Of a DNA stretch of 64,000 bases, positions 63,996 through 64,000 are shown one piece after another (the first letter of the stretch is position 1; every line of letters starts with the position of its first letter). Made by a program: the position numbers and the translations under genes. The stretch is from Callorhinchus milii. Its lineage: Eukaryota. Location of the stretch: assembly GCF_018977255.1 (NCBI RefSeq), contig NW_024704743.1:75642001-75706000 (forward strand), in the 5' to 3' direction. The notes under the pieces are model-generated. The model did not search any database, had not been told where the DNA came from, and worked only from the letters and a program-made list of their open reading frames with translations.

Positions 63996-64000
63996 CTGAG

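Noticed and set aside
56426..64000. Next upstream PDE1C exon (YNDRSVLENHH)
   Set aside because: Not found by eye; it presumably lies beyond the window end.

Overview
AT-rich, repeat-dense vertebrate genomic DNA. The repeat content (DeuSINE-like SINEs, L2 and CR1 LINEs) suggests a cartilaginous fish, possibly a chimaera; this is an inference. The window holds the 3' ends of two convergent genes. On the + strand are the last two coding exons of PPP1R17 (G-substrate; 1208-1354 and 9048-9127). On the - strand are seven consecutive PDE1C exons (56425 down to 36232) followed by two alternative terminal exons (24360-24391 and 12215-12396). All junctions are GT-AG and phase-consistent, and the tail-to-tail order matches human 7p14.3. 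The rest is intron, UTR and intergenic sequence filled with 5'-truncated L2 and CR1 LINEs, a young tRNA-headed SINE in two structural variants, older DeuSINE-like copies, a hAT-like non-autonomous element, a palindromic MITE-like family and minisatellites. Almost all ORF-track entries are TE remnants or spurious. I see no convincing novel multi-gene system. The best leads are a G-substrate with only one phosphosite exon, two diverged L2 copies sharing one RT frameshift, a modular SINE, and the conserved alternative PDE1C C-termini. TE boundaries are approximate and were read by eye.
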